Below, one piece after another: positions 1 to 9,806 of a DNA stretch of 64,000 nucleotides. The notes beneath the pieces are model-generated. The model was not told the DNA's origin, did not search any database, and saw only the letters and a list, made by a program, of their open reading frames with translations. Numbering within the stretch: position 1 is the stretch's first letter; every line of letters begins with the position of its first letter. Position numbers and translations under genes: made by a program. Source of the DNA: Candidatus Latescibacterota bacterium (GTDB lineage Bacteria > Latescibacterota > UBA2968 > UBA8231). The DNA lies in the NCBI GenBank assembly GCA_965217585.1, contig OZ244561.1:4768001-4832000 (forward strand), written 5' to 3'.

Positions 1-717
1 GGCGTCGCCGCTGCGTGCTCGCTGCCGCAGGATTTCCGCGTCGGCTGCTTCCACCCAAAAGCGCGGGATGTCCACGGGCACTTGGAGGAATTTTTCGGCG
101 GCCTCGCTGCGGGTGACGCGGCCATCGTCGTACAGCAGAATAGCTTGCGCGCCCAAGGCCCGCGCTTCGACGTGGGCGTTGCCCGAGCCAAATCCCATCA
201 GCGCGACGCTGCCCGCTAGCTGCTGGCCGTCCATTTCGGCTAAGCTGCCGCGCCCCATGTCTATGAGGTGACCGGAGACGCCGCCCGGCGGCAGGGACGG
301 CGGGCGCACGTGATTGGGCCACAATCCGTAGATGGGGATAGCTGCGTCTGAGCCGGCCAAGCGGAGCCGACCTCCGCGATCTATGGGGACGGAAAGAGAA
401 AAAAATTCGCTGGTGACTTGGAGGCCGAGGCGGCGGAATTCCCCTTCGATATAGCGGGCCGCGTTGGTGGCGCCCGCATAGCCGGTGACGCGGGACGAGT
501 CCGCGGTGAGGATGCGGAGGTGGCGCTCTAGATCGGCGGCGTTTATTTGCGCGACGGCTTCGCGCAGCGAGGGCGCTTGGTCGGTCGCCGGAGATTCGCG
601 CAGGGGCACCCAGCCAATGGTCCGTTCAATCCAGCGCGAAATTGTGGCCGGGTCAAAGACCGTGACCGATAGCAGGAAGAAAGCCGCGGTGGCGAATAGG
701 AGGAATTTGGTCAGCAT
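1..717 (-). CDS. N-terminal part of an M28 peptidase-like / PA-domain membrane-anchored protein (runs off the window edge)
   Basis: Manual translation from ATG at 717 is open to position 1: MLTKFLLFATAAFFLL (hydrophobic), LERHLRILTADSSRVTGYAGATNAARYIEGEFRRLGL (M28 N-terminal pattern), PA-like GSVALM...ALGAQAILLY. Absent from the ORF track because it is truncated. Confidence 0.65.
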   Translation of the reverse strand, partial: MLTKFLLFATAAFFLLSVTVFDPATISRWIERTIGWVPLRESPATDQAPSLREAVAQINAADLERHLRILTADSSRVTGYAGATNAARYIEGEFRRLGLQVTSEFFSLSVPIDRGGRLRLAGSDAAIPIYGLWPNHVRPPSLPPGGVSGHLIDMGRGSLAEMDGQQLAGSVALMGFGSGNAHVEARALGAQAILLYDDGRVTRSEAAEKFLQVPVDIPRFWVEAADAEILRQRARSGDA

Positions 718-736
718 TGAACGGGTGCCGGACAGC

Positions 737-765
737 AAAAGAGGCAGGCCGCGGGGCCTGCCCCT
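737..765 (-). terminator. Rho-independent terminator after the lipoprotein gene
   Basis: GGCAGGCC-4nt-GGCCTGCC hairpin (743-762) followed by a short T tract on the minus strand. Confidence 0.6.
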
Positions 766-791
766 AAGTTATCCGGCTTGGCTGGTCTTGG

Positions 792-1556
792 CTAGTTGGT
801 CGCCAGTTTGTCGATGTTTTTGACCTTCTTAATGTCGCGCTTGAAGCGGAAGCGGAGGTCAATGGTCTCCACGGGTTCGTTGCGGAAGTTGTAGCGCAAC
901 CCGAGCTCGGGAATCTCGACGACGACCTCGGCGACATCGTCGTGGATCTTGGAAAACATCACGTAGCCTTCGACCTCTTGCCCTGAAAAGCAAAACTCGT
1001 CGTCTGGGTACTTGGCGTGGGTGTAGAGGTCGCTGCGCTCCTTGAAGCGCAAATAGCCCAAGCCGTTGAAAGCTAGCGGGAAGCGCCGGAAGTACTCCTT
1101 CATGTCATAACCCCCCCAAGGATAATACTGCCGCCCATTCGCAGACTCCACGTTCACCATTAGCGGGTCGAACTTGACTTTGGGGTATTCGTAGTTTTTG
1201 ACCGTGATCTTGAAGATGGACAAGCGCTGCGGCGACTTGCCCGTGCGCGGATCAATCCAATTGCCATAGGTGAAAGGATTGGATGGCAGTTCGTCGGTCG
1301 GACCACTGGCGTTGGTGGACTCGGTCGGGAACTGGCGGTTGATCTCCTCATCGGTCATGGGTCGCACGGACACTTCGAGGCGGTTATGTACGAAGGTGAC
1401 CGTGCCGTCGTCGAGGATTCTCATGCTCGACCCTTGAATGTCGGTCTGCTGCTGGGCCGCCTCGAAGGGCTGAAACCGCCCGGGAACTAGGTAGTGGCCG
1501 CAGCCCAACAAGAGGGTCGCAGCGGCGAGGATGGAAATTTTTTGGTAAGCGTACAT
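792..1556 (-). CDS. Hypothetical lipoprotein (254 aa)
   Basis: Start moved to MYAYQKISILAAATLLLGC (lipobox LLGC) with GAGGAG RBS; the longer ORF overlaps the upstream gene. Confidence 0.8.
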   Translation of the reverse strand: MYAYQKISILAAATLLLGCGHYLVPGRFQPFEAAQQQTDIQGSSMRILDDGTVTFVHNRLEVSVRPMTDEEINRQFPTESTNASGPTDELPSNPFTYGNWIDPRTGKSPQRLSIFKITVKNYEYPKVKFDPLMVNVESANGRQYYPWGGYDMKEYFRRFPLAFNGLGYLRFKERSDLYTHAKYPDDEFCFSGQEVEGYVMFSKIHDDVAEVVVEIPELGLRYNFRNEPVETIDLRFRFKRDIKKVKNIDKLATN

Positions 1557-1578
1557 GGAACACTCCTCTCTGACGGAC

Positions 1579-2886
1579 TTATAGCTCGACTGGATTTGCA
1601 GCCTGTCTGCGCCGGGAGACAAATTCCCCCAACGGCCCTTCCTCCACCGCGACGACCGCGGCGTATTTCTCGCGCAGTTGCTCGATGTAGCGGTCGAATA
1701 GGGGCACGGCTTGAGCGTCGCGCAAATCGCGCACGACTTGCGCTTGCAGTTGTCGCCCGACTGCCCCCGAGCGGACGTAGCGTTGCGCGTTGGCCTCGTA
1801 AAAGGCGCGTACCTGCGCGGGGTCAATCTGAATGTGCGCGAAAATTTCCCGCTCCCACAAGGCCTGGATGAGCTTCTGTTCGCGCACCGTTGCGCGGCGC
1901 GGCTCCAACTCGGCGTAAAGATTGTGCTTGCGCGCCTCCTGCGGCAGAATCTGGTCGACGACAAAGGCTCGCGTCACCTTGAACCCGAGGGCGCTGACAT
2001 CGGTCGGCAGCGGCTCGGCGTCTGCACCGAGCCGGACGAGGGCCTGCTGATAGTCTGCCGTGCTCCAGTCGCCCGCGTTACTGCGGACCAACCGTACCTC
2101 TGGCCGCGCCGCACCCGCGACGACCTGTCGCAATGCAGCCGTGTCTAACTGCACCGCGTATTGGCTTGTCAACTGTTCTAGATAGGCCAAGTTCGCCTGT
2201 TGCTTCTTGTGCCGAGTGAGGGCCGCTTCCACGAGTGGGCGGCGGTCCGCCAATGAGACCTCGCGCTCGGCCGCAATGGTTATCAACAAATACTGCCCGT
2301 CGGTTTCCACCAACTCAACGTCCCCCACTTCGCGCAGGAAAAGGGCGGCCCCGCGCGCGTCGCCTGCGTTGAGCGCGTTGAGCCATCCGCTCTCGCCCCA
2401 CTCCCCGGGCAAATCTGCTCCATCCTGAGCTTTTCTGAGCATCTCCATGGCCGCGGCCCGCTCGCGCACGGGCAGGCGACGCAGGCGAATTTCGCGGGCC
2501 GCGCCCGATTCGGCGAAGAATTCCGCAAGCTCCGTTTCCGCATGAGCCAACTGCTCGCCCATCTCGCGCACGAGCAATTGCTCGACTAGCGCTTTGCGCT
2601 CCCAAGCTGCCACCGCACCGGCGACCGCTTCGTCTAGCCCTTGGGCACGGGCTTCGAGCAGCAGGAGTTCCTTGTCGATGAGGGCCTGAAATTGGCGTCG
2701 CCAATCCGCGAGAGTCTGAGCTTCACTGCCGGCGGGTAGCTTTTCTAGGGCCGCGGCAAAATCCCGCTCGCTAATCTCAGCCTCGCCCACCCGGGCCAAG
2801 ACCGCCGCCGCGCTTTCTGGCGGTGCGTCGGCACAGGCCCAGAATCCCAAGGCTAGGAGGGCCGCCTGCGGCTTTAGAAGCTCCAT
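1579..2886 (-). CDS. SurA/PpiC-like chaperone lipoprotein (degenerate parvulin region)
   Basis: Lipobox-like FWAC; VLARVGEAEISERDF and LIDKELLLLEARAQGLD are SurA-N/PrsA patterns; EIRLRRL parvulin-like strand. Confidence 0.75.
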   Translation of the reverse strand: MELLKPQAALLALGFWACADAPPESAAAVLARVGEAEISERDFAAALEKLPAGSEAQTLADWRRQFQALIDKELLLLEARAQGLDEAVAGAVAAWERKALVEQLLVREMGEQLAHAETELAEFFAESGAAREIRLRRLPVRERAAAMEMLRKAQDGADLPGEWGESGWLNALNAGDARGAALFLREVGDVELVETDGQYLLITIAAEREVSLADRRPLVEAALTRHKKQQANLAYLEQLTSQYAVQLDTAALRQVVAGAARPEVRLVRSNAGDWSTADYQQALVRLGADAEPLPTDVSALGFKVTRAFVVDQILPQEARKHNLYAELEPRRATVREQKLIQALWEREIFAHIQIDPAQVRAFYEANAQRYVRSGAVGRQLQAQVVRDLRDAQAVPLFDRYIEQLREKYAAVVAVEEGPLGEFVSRRRQAANPVEL

Positions 2887-5492
2887 CCCCTTCTTTCGGC
2901 TGGCCGGCCACCCAAACGCTCTTCCTCTTGCCCGGCATAGATTTCGATGAAGGCAATCGTATTGCTCACGTCTTGGTCGGCGAGGTTGACAAAGTTGATG
3001 TCGTTGACCTGAAAGCCAACGTTGGATGTGATGCTATACCCTAGGTACTGCACCCGATTGGTGTACTGCACGGTGAACACCTTGCCGATGAAGTCGTCGA
3101 TGTACTCGGGCGGCAGCGGATCTGGGATCGCCTCGGCGTTGCGGAAGATTATGGCTTCGACCCCGACCTCGACGCGGCTTCTGGTCAGCACCGGAAACAC
3201 GGCGGACAGGGAGAAAATTTCGCTTAATTCGTTGATCTCAAGCTGGACGGCGCGCGGTTGGGTGCGCTTGCGCCATATGTTTTTCCAGCGCGGGATCAAG
3301 GTGACGTTGCGCCCAATAGAAAACGGATAGTCCGCCTTGTTGATCGCGCCGAAGAACGCGCTGTCGCGGAGGCGCTCGGCTGCTTCATCGCGCTGCTTGA
3401 AGTGATCGAGGCGGAACTTGTTGACAAAGGTCAGGTTGCCGCGGGTGTACTTGTAGCCGACGAAGCTCTGGTTGACGATGGTGTTTTCGGTGATCAGGGG
3501 ATCGTCAAAAGGTTGCAAGCCACCAATGGAGCCGGGGCGCTGCACCCATTGCAGCAGATTGTCGGCGATGTTATCCTCGACGGACTTGAGCATGTGAAAG
3601 ACCTCGAACTTGCCCGTCCTAGAGACATCGCGCACCGCGCTGAGCAACGCGTACACGGCTGTTGACCGCTCTTCGCCAGCGATCAGCCACTCGCGATTGC
3701 GACCTATGGTAATATTGATCCCTGGGTAAATCTCGGCCCCCCCGTACAGGTTCCAGCCGCGATGGCCCTTGCGGTAGGGATAGTCGGCGTCGTCGTCGTT
3801 TTCAAAGCGATCCACCACGGTGTTGTGGTTCATATCGACGCCGAAGAGGAAGTCGGGTGCGTCGATGTAGTGGCGCAAGAACGGCTCTTCGTAGTCCGGG
3901 GTGAGGTTGGAGTTTTCGTTGAAGTCCGAGAGCAGGTCGTTGTTTTCGTCGAGGCCGGGAAAGACGGCGTTGTCGCCGCCCGAGCCGCCAAAGCGCGGCC
4001 AATCGACGAGCTGGTCGTTGTCGTCGTTGTCGTCGATGTACTCGAACCAGTTCTGCCGCTGGTTTTCGTAATCCACGACACCGTTTTGGTCGGTGATGTA
4101 GCCGCGCGTGGCGTACCCGTAGTCCATGCTGAACACTTCGCCGTAGCCAAAGTAGCGGCCCGTGCGGCGCGTGGCGTTGAGGAACCAAGCATCGGCCGTG
4201 CGGTCGCTCTTTTTGAGGTTGCTCAGTTTCTGGATGTTGATGTTGGGATAGCGCTGAAACTGAGTATTGCGCGCGAATTCGCCGTGCACTTCCATGCCCC
4301 ACACATCCTCGATGACCAAGTCCACGCTGGCGATTTGGTTGGCCGAGGGCAGTCCGTAGTCAAAGCGGACGACGCGCTGGTTGGTGTTGTCGCGCACATT
4401 GCCTTCGGAGCGGGCGACCGGCAAGAAGATGGGCTGGCCGTTGATATTCGTCTGCAAGTTGGAGGTTATCTCCACTCGGTAGTCGTTGGAGAGCACCATG
4501 GCAAAGCTGACCTTTTGCACCACCAGCGGGTCGGGCACTCGGTAGCGGAGGAGGATGGGGGCCTCTTCGAGGGCTTCGAGAAAGCCCTCGCGCTGGCGAC
4601 CGCCCTCAATAGTGGGATTGACGGAGGTCTCTTGGCCATCGACGATCATCCGCGCCGAGAAAAACAGGGCACCGGAGCCATCGCCGGGCGAGTCGTCGGC
4701 GATGCGGATGACGATTTCGGTGACGTTGCCCGAATTCTGGCTGCTGGTCAGCAAGCCGGCGCGCGAGTTTTCCGCGAAATTGCTGCTCGCCGAGCTGAAG
4801 TTTGTATTGACATACGTGACCCCTAAGCCCATGAAGTCGCCGACTTGGGCGGTACCGCGCAGACCGACGAAGTTGGTGAAGTCCGTGTTTTGCACCCGGT
4901 TGCCGAACCCCCCGACCACCCTTACCGGCTGATTGACGCGAGACAACAGCACGGTGGCCTCGTACTTGTCGGACGCAAAGTCCCACTGGACGCCGTTGAA
5001 GCGCGAGCGGCTGAAGGTCAGCGGGGTCAGGGTCGTGCGGATTCGGTCGCCGATGGTCAGAGAGGAGTAGTACTGGCCCTTGGAGTCCGCGGCTACGATT
5101 AGGTTTTGGAACCACTGGCTGAATTTGGCGTCTTTGAAGACCGTGCTGCCAAAGGCCAGCGGCTGCTGTTGGCGCCACTCGTAGATGCGCCAGCCGCGGG
5201 TGATCCAATTGCCAAAAATATCGTACTGGCCCGTGCCCTCTAGCTGCGTGCTGACGTAGCGCTGGTAAGGCTCTTTAGCGTAGTTGGTGTACTTGTAGCC
5301 TCCCCAATGGTAGATGTAGTAGAGGTCTTGGGGCACGTACCACTTGCGCAGGGTCGGGATCAGCGGGTCGAAGCCCTCGATCCTAACCTGCGAAGTGGCG
5401 CCCCGCTCGCGCCCCGGGGTCGCCGCTTGGACGCTGGACGCCGCAACGGCTAGAACCAGCAAGGCAACCCCCCAGAACATAACTTTGCGCAT
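2874..5492 (-). CDS. Large secreted / probable outer-membrane protein with acidic Ca-binding-like repeats
   Basis: 872 aa, signal peptide (SVQA), DDNDDND, DENNDLLSD and DMNHNTVVD segments, alternating beta-strand patterns, terminal Phe. Confidence 0.75.
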   Translation of the reverse strand: MRKVMFWGVALLVLAVAASSVQAATPGRERGATSQVRIEGFDPLIPTLRKWYVPQDLYYIYHWGGYKYTNYAKEPYQRYVSTQLEGTGQYDIFGNWITRGWRIYEWRQQQPLAFGSTVFKDAKFSQWFQNLIVAADSKGQYYSSLTIGDRIRTTLTPLTFSRSRFNGVQWDFASDKYEATVLLSRVNQPVRVVGGFGNRVQNTDFTNFVGLRGTAQVGDFMGLGVTYVNTNFSSASSNFAENSRAGLLTSSQNSGNVTEIVIRIADDSPGDGSGALFFSARMIVDGQETSVNPTIEGGRQREGFLEALEEAPILLRYRVPDPLVVQKVSFAMVLSNDYRVEITSNLQTNINGQPIFLPVARSEGNVRDNTNQRVVRFDYGLPSANQIASVDLVIEDVWGMEVHGEFARNTQFQRYPNINIQKLSNLKKSDRTADAWFLNATRRTGRYFGYGEVFSMDYGYATRGYITDQNGVVDYENQRQNWFEYIDDNDDNDQLVDWPRFGGSGGDNAVFPGLDENNDLLSDFNENSNLTPDYEEPFLRHYIDAPDFLFGVDMNHNTVVDRFENDDDADYPYRKGHRGWNLYGGAEIYPGINITIGRNREWLIAGEERSTAVYALLSAVRDVSRTGKFEVFHMLKSVEDNIADNLLQWVQRPGSIGGLQPFDDPLITENTIVNQSFVGYKYTRGNLTFVNKFRLDHFKQRDEAAERLRDSAFFGAINKADYPFSIGRNVTLIPRWKNIWRKRTQPRAVQLEINELSEIFSLSAVFPVLTRSRVEVGVEAIIFRNAEAIPDPLPPEYIDDFIGKVFTVQYTNRVQYLGYSITSNVGFQVNDINFVNLADQDVSNTIAFIEIYAGQEEERLGGRPAERRGWSF

Positions 5493-5582
5493 AACAACCC
5501 TCCCTTAGGCGTTCACTTGTGCTTGGTGCGCGGCTAGCCACGCGGTAAAAAGTCGGCGGCCGAGATACCCCGGCCATGTCGG

Positions 5583-7364
5583 TCAGTACACTACGGCAAT
5601 GCTCCGCATCTGCGTGGCGATGCCGGCGTCGGTAGCGGCCTTGAGGCGAAGCAGGTACATACCCGGCGGCACTGCGCCGGCGGCGTCGCGGCCATCCCAG
5701 CTAACTTGGTTGGGGCCGGAGCGGTCGTGGGCTTTGTAGAGACGATGCACCGGCCGGCCGCTCAAGTCGTACACGACGACCTCGACTTCAACCTCGTGGG
5801 TCGCCTTGAGCAGGATGTAGTCGAGGGTGATCTGGTCGTTGATGTCATCGCCATTGGGCGTTATTACCGCGGACGAAAACACGACGCCGGTAAAAAGCTC
5901 GTCGTCGATGCGGGCACTGACGACGAGCGTGTTGTCGGTGACTTCCTCGGCTGCATCGCCAAAGGCGACTCGCTGCGGAAACGCGTCGGACTGGCTGTCG
6001 GCGACCTCGCCGCGAAATTCCGTGCCAGAGACGGTTACCAAACTAGCGAAGCGCACGGCGACTTCTTGGCCACTGCGGGTGATGCGCTCATCGGGGAAGC
6101 TCACCTGTAAGCGGCCCAAATCGGACGCCGAGGTGAAGTTGTCAATCTCGACACCATCGACGCTCACTCCCGTGGCGCGGGCCGCAAACGGAGTGTGGAT
6201 GATCACGGTGTCGAAGCCGCGATTGCCGCTCGAGACGACCGAGCGCAGGTGATAGGTAAATTCGTTCTCCTGCCCAAGGGTCGCCGTGGCCGGGCTGATT
6301 TCGGCGATGACCGAATCGGCGAGGGCCGGCACCGTGTAGTTGAAGACCACCGAGTCGATGATGGCTTTGTCGAGCAAGCTGCTCGACAGGAGCTTGAATT
6401 GGAACTGGAGGTAGCGCCGGTTGTCCGGCGAATTGATCGGGGAGCCGAGGAGCTCGGCATAGGGCGGGGACCACGCACTCCAGTCGCGGTCGTTTTCGAC
6501 AATGATGCCGGCGTACGACGGATCGAGCATGCGATCGAAGTCTTCGATAGCCACTTCCTCGTATGCGCCGGGAATGCCCGTCTGGCGGAAGTAGAGCGAG
6601 TCCGTGGCGACAAAGCCGGTCTTGGTGCTGAACTGGGCTTGGGCGCTGCTGTCGATGCGGCTGTACATATCGACCGGCCCGAAGTTGGCCGCTTCACCTA
6701 GATCAATCACTTGCGATATGTACTGGGCGAAGGGCGTGACACCGACGCCAAAAACTTCGAGATCGCCCATCTGGAAGCCGCGTTCGCCCGTGCTGCGCAG
6801 CCTAAAAAAGCGCACCTGCGTCGGCGTGAAGCTCAAATCCAGCCCGGGCAGGCCGTGCGAGCGGTCTTGTGCTATGATCACGTAAATGGGATTGCCGCCG
6901 ACAAAGTTGAGCGAATCGCCGTCGTTGACGTAGAACTCGTAGCCGCGCAGCGAGCGCTCGTCGTCGTTGAGGACGCCCCGCAACAGGCGAATGCGGTGCA
7001 GGACGAAAATCGCGCCCATATCGACTTCGAGTTCGGCACCGTTGGGGTTGGTGTACACGCGCCAGCCCGTGGTGTACTCGCCGTCGATGAGTTCGTTGAG
7101 TATCTGGTTGGAGCGCGCTGCGGCCGTGCGCACCGAGGTGGTCGCGCTGCCGCCGAGTTCCTTGATGCGCGGCAGGATATTTTCCTCGGGATCGGCCTCC
7201 AGCGGCGAGAGACCGCCCTCGTCGGTGACTTCGAGAGCGTTGAAGACGAGCGAGTTGCTCTCCCACTCCAGCCCATCGCCGCCTATTTTGAGCCGTTCCG
7301 CGGCCGTGGCCGGAGTGCTGCATCCCATCGCTAGGCAGGCTAATGCGAGTGCGGCACGGATCAT
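5583..7364 (-). CDS. Secreted discoidin-like + C-terminal FlgD-Ig domain protein (paralog type A)
   Basis: Signal peptide; LIDG..TTGW...DMG discoidin-like motif; TPNGDDIND, YDLSGRPV, WDGRD, PPGMY C-terminal FlgD-Ig motifs. Confidence 0.85.
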   Translation of the reverse strand: MIRAALALACLAMGCSTPATAAERLKIGGDGLEWESNSLVFNALEVTDEGGLSPLEADPEENILPRIKELGGSATTSVRTAAARSNQILNELIDGEYTTGWRVYTNPNGAELEVDMGAIFVLHRIRLLRGVLNDDERSLRGYEFYVNDGDSLNFVGGNPIYVIIAQDRSHGLPGLDLSFTPTQVRFFRLRSTGERGFQMGDLEVFGVGVTPFAQYISQVIDLGEAANFGPVDMYSRIDSSAQAQFSTKTGFVATDSLYFRQTGIPGAYEEVAIEDFDRMLDPSYAGIIVENDRDWSAWSPPYAELLGSPINSPDNRRYLQFQFKLLSSSLLDKAIIDSVVFNYTVPALADSVIAEISPATATLGQENEFTYHLRSVVSSGNRGFDTVIIHTPFAARATGVSVDGVEIDNFTSASDLGRLQVSFPDERITRSGQEVAVRFASLVTVSGTEFRGEVADSQSDAFPQRVAFGDAAEEVTDNTLVVSARIDDELFTGVVFSSAVITPNGDDINDQITLDYILLKATHEVEVEVVVYDLSGRPVHRLYKAHDRSGPNQVSWDGRDAAGAVPPGMYLLRLKAATDAGIATQMRSIAVVY

Positions 7365-7405
7365 CGCTGTTCCTTTTTGCTGTAAGGTGGCAAAAGCACG
7401 TCCTC

Positions 7406-9760
7406 TTAGTAGGCCACCGGCACGATCCGCTGCACCGTCTCGGTCAGGGAGTCGCCGGCAATCTCAATCTGCACTAAATAGGTCCCCGGTTTCACGAGCG
7501 CTCCTGCGCCGTCGCGGCCGTTCCAAGTGAAGCGGTAGCGCCGAGCGAGCCCATCGCCGCTGTCGAGGACGCGCACTTGGCGGCCGGCCAAGTCGTAGAT
7601 GTGGACCCGGATCGGCCGCGGCGTCACCAGCTTGAGCGCGTCGAATTCAACGGCTAGCTCGTCGCCGACCCCATCGCCATTGGGCGTCAGCACGGGCGTC
7701 GAAAGGGCGATGTTGGCCAGCAAGAGATCGTTGATCGGCAGTTGCACCGAGACGGATTCGCTTGGCACATCGGTTTTGGCATCGCCTTGGTCAACGAGCT
7801 GGCGCACGTCGGTGCCGAGGTTGCTGTTGCCGAGAAAAAGGTCGAAGCGCGTCTGGTTTTGGTAAATGGTACTGCTGAACGAGAGTTCGATTAGATCCGA
7901 GCGGCGGACTGTGGTTGGTAGATCGACGACAAACCCCTCGGCGAGCGGAGTGATTTCGACTTCCACTGGCTCGTCGCCCAATTTCAGACTGGTGAAATCA
8001 ACGGGCACGGACGCGGTCATGGTCAGGCGGTCAAAGCCCTGCGAGCGCCCGCCAAAGATCGGCAGGACGAAGTACGTAAAGTCCTTTTTGACGCCCGGTT
8101 CGACCTGACTGGGGAAGACCTCGGCGCGGGTTTCGAGGGCAATGGGATTTTCCGCGTTCAAATGTAGAGCATTGATCGACGGTGCCGCGTTGGGATCGTC
8201 TGAGATCAGGCGCAAGTCGAGTTGGACATAGCGGCGCGGCGAGGGCGAGCTAAAGAGCGCGCCCGAGGTCACATAGGGATCGCTCCAGACGCTCCAGTCC
8301 GAGCCGACGGAAATCGTGACTTCGGTCGGCCCGCGCAAGCTCTTGGGCGTTTTGTTCCACTTCCGCTCGGTGATCTCTTTGCCCTTCTTGTCGAAGTAGT
8401 GAATATTCTCGACGACTTCATTGCCGGTGCGGCTGCGCAGCTCGATGCGCGTGCTGGGCAGGACCTCGGCGTCCCACTCAACCGAGGTCAGGGCTTTGGC
8501 TGCACCGAGGTCGAGGATCGGCGAAGTTAGCTGCAACTCGGCTGGAAAGCCTTCGCCGTAGATCTGGAACTCGCTAATCAGGGCGAAGAGGCGGTAGTAG
8601 GAGCGGCCGCCGTGGCGGGAGGAAGGGAAATACTGCTTGATGTAGCGGATTTTCTGCAACTCGAATTGGTGGTCGAAGTTGCGGATATCCGTCTCGTTCA
8701 GCGGGCTGTCGTCGACAAAGGCGATCTCGTGGAAATTCAGGGTGCCGTCTGGAGCGATCGAGCCGTTGGAAGCGAGGAGTTGGTACCAAAAAAAGTTGGC
8801 GTAGCGGCTGCGAATCCGCGACGGGGCACCGGCCGGCTCGCCGATGATGCGGATCTGGTCAATCCAGTAATGGGCCCCTAGATCGAAGATGATGCGATTG
8901 AAGATGTCGAAGCCGGTTTGGGTCTGGTGATAAGTCTGCATGGCCCAGTAGGTGACAATATCGCCGTCAACCATGTTCTCGCCGCCGGAGAGCACGGCCT
9001 GCAAGTCGGTGATGATGTCGATATTGCCACCGCGCTCAATGATCCCGAGGGAGATGTTGTCGCCGATAGTGGAGACCGAAATCTCGGCCAGGGCGGCACC
9101 CTCGACGAACTTGGACAGCTCAATGCGGATGATGCGAACTAGGCCCGAGGATTCCTTGAACTTGCGGACGGTTCCATCGACAAAGCCGCCACCGATGTCG
9201 TTCGAGCCGGATGCGCTCAAGCCCAAGGTGCGCTGGCGGGGGTCGAGGACGAGTTCGTGGCTCTCATTGAAGCCAATCCCCTTGGAGAGACTGTAGCCCA
9301 AGGTGCCTTCTATAGGTACCAGTGCGTTGGTAAAAAACTGCTCGCCACTCGACAGCAGGATGGTGAAAAACTCAAAGGGCGGCGCAGACTTGTCAAAAGT
9401 GATGACGATCTCGGAGGCAGTCACCAAGCGGCCCAAGTCGAGTGCGATATAGGCGTTTTCAATGCCGTCGGCTGGGTTGGGCGACCAGCTAGTCGCCGGG
9501 TCGCCATCCATGATGTGGCCAGCGTCGCGGGCGTTGCTGCCAACGCTGCGGATGCCGCCGCCAAAATCCTCGGCATCGCGCACGGCGTCGATGTTTTTGC
9601 GCACGGGCACGGGCTGGATGCGGCCAGTCGCTTGTAGTTCCACAGAGCCGACCGGGTGCGTCCACTCTTGCCAAGCGGAGCGGGAGTCAAACGAGACGCG
9701 CTCGCCAAAGACGAAGCTGCTCAATGCTATAACGAGTCCTAGTACACGAGTGATTGTCAT
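7406..9760 (-). CDS. Secreted discoidin-like + FlgD-Ig protein (paralog type B, ~784 aa)
   Basis: Start moved to MTITRVLGLVIALSS (GGGAG RBS 7 nt upstream); two discoidin-like segments (MDGDPATSW, VDGDIVTYW); TPNGDGVGD, YDLAGRQVR, WNGRD. Confidence 0.85.
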   Translation of the reverse strand: MTITRVLGLVIALSSFVFGERVSFDSRSAWQEWTHPVGSVELQATGRIQPVPVRKNIDAVRDAEDFGGGIRSVGSNARDAGHIMDGDPATSWSPNPADGIENAYIALDLGRLVTASEIVITFDKSAPPFEFFTILLSSGEQFFTNALVPIEGTLGYSLSKGIGFNESHELVLDPRQRTLGLSASGSNDIGGGFVDGTVRKFKESSGLVRIIRIELSKFVEGAALAEISVSTIGDNISLGIIERGGNIDIITDLQAVLSGGENMVDGDIVTYWAMQTYHQTQTGFDIFNRIIFDLGAHYWIDQIRIIGEPAGAPSRIRSRYANFFWYQLLASNGSIAPDGTLNFHEIAFVDDSPLNETDIRNFDHQFELQKIRYIKQYFPSSRHGGRSYYRLFALISEFQIYGEGFPAELQLTSPILDLGAAKALTSVEWDAEVLPSTRIELRSRTGNEVVENIHYFDKKGKEITERKWNKTPKSLRGPTEVTISVGSDWSVWSDPYVTSGALFSSPSPRRYVQLDLRLISDDPNAAPSINALHLNAENPIALETRAEVFPSQVEPGVKKDFTYFVLPIFGGRSQGFDRLTMTASVPVDFTSLKLGDEPVEVEITPLAEGFVVDLPTTVRRSDLIELSFSSTIYQNQTRFDLFLGNSNLGTDVRQLVDQGDAKTDVPSESVSVQLPINDLLLANIALSTPVLTPNGDGVGDELAVEFDALKLVTPRPIRVHIYDLAGRQVRVLDSGDGLARRYRFTWNGRDGAGALVKPGTYLVQIEIAGDSLTETVQRIVPVAY

Positions 9761-9806
9761 AGCCATGCTCCCCATGCCATAGTGAGATGGACGCGGGCCG
9801 CGCTCT

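Noticed and set aside
5545-5577. Hairpin GGCCG...CGGCC between the last type A gene and the 872-aa gene
   Set aside because: The stem is short and the U tract is offset by about 5 nt; too weak to call a terminator.
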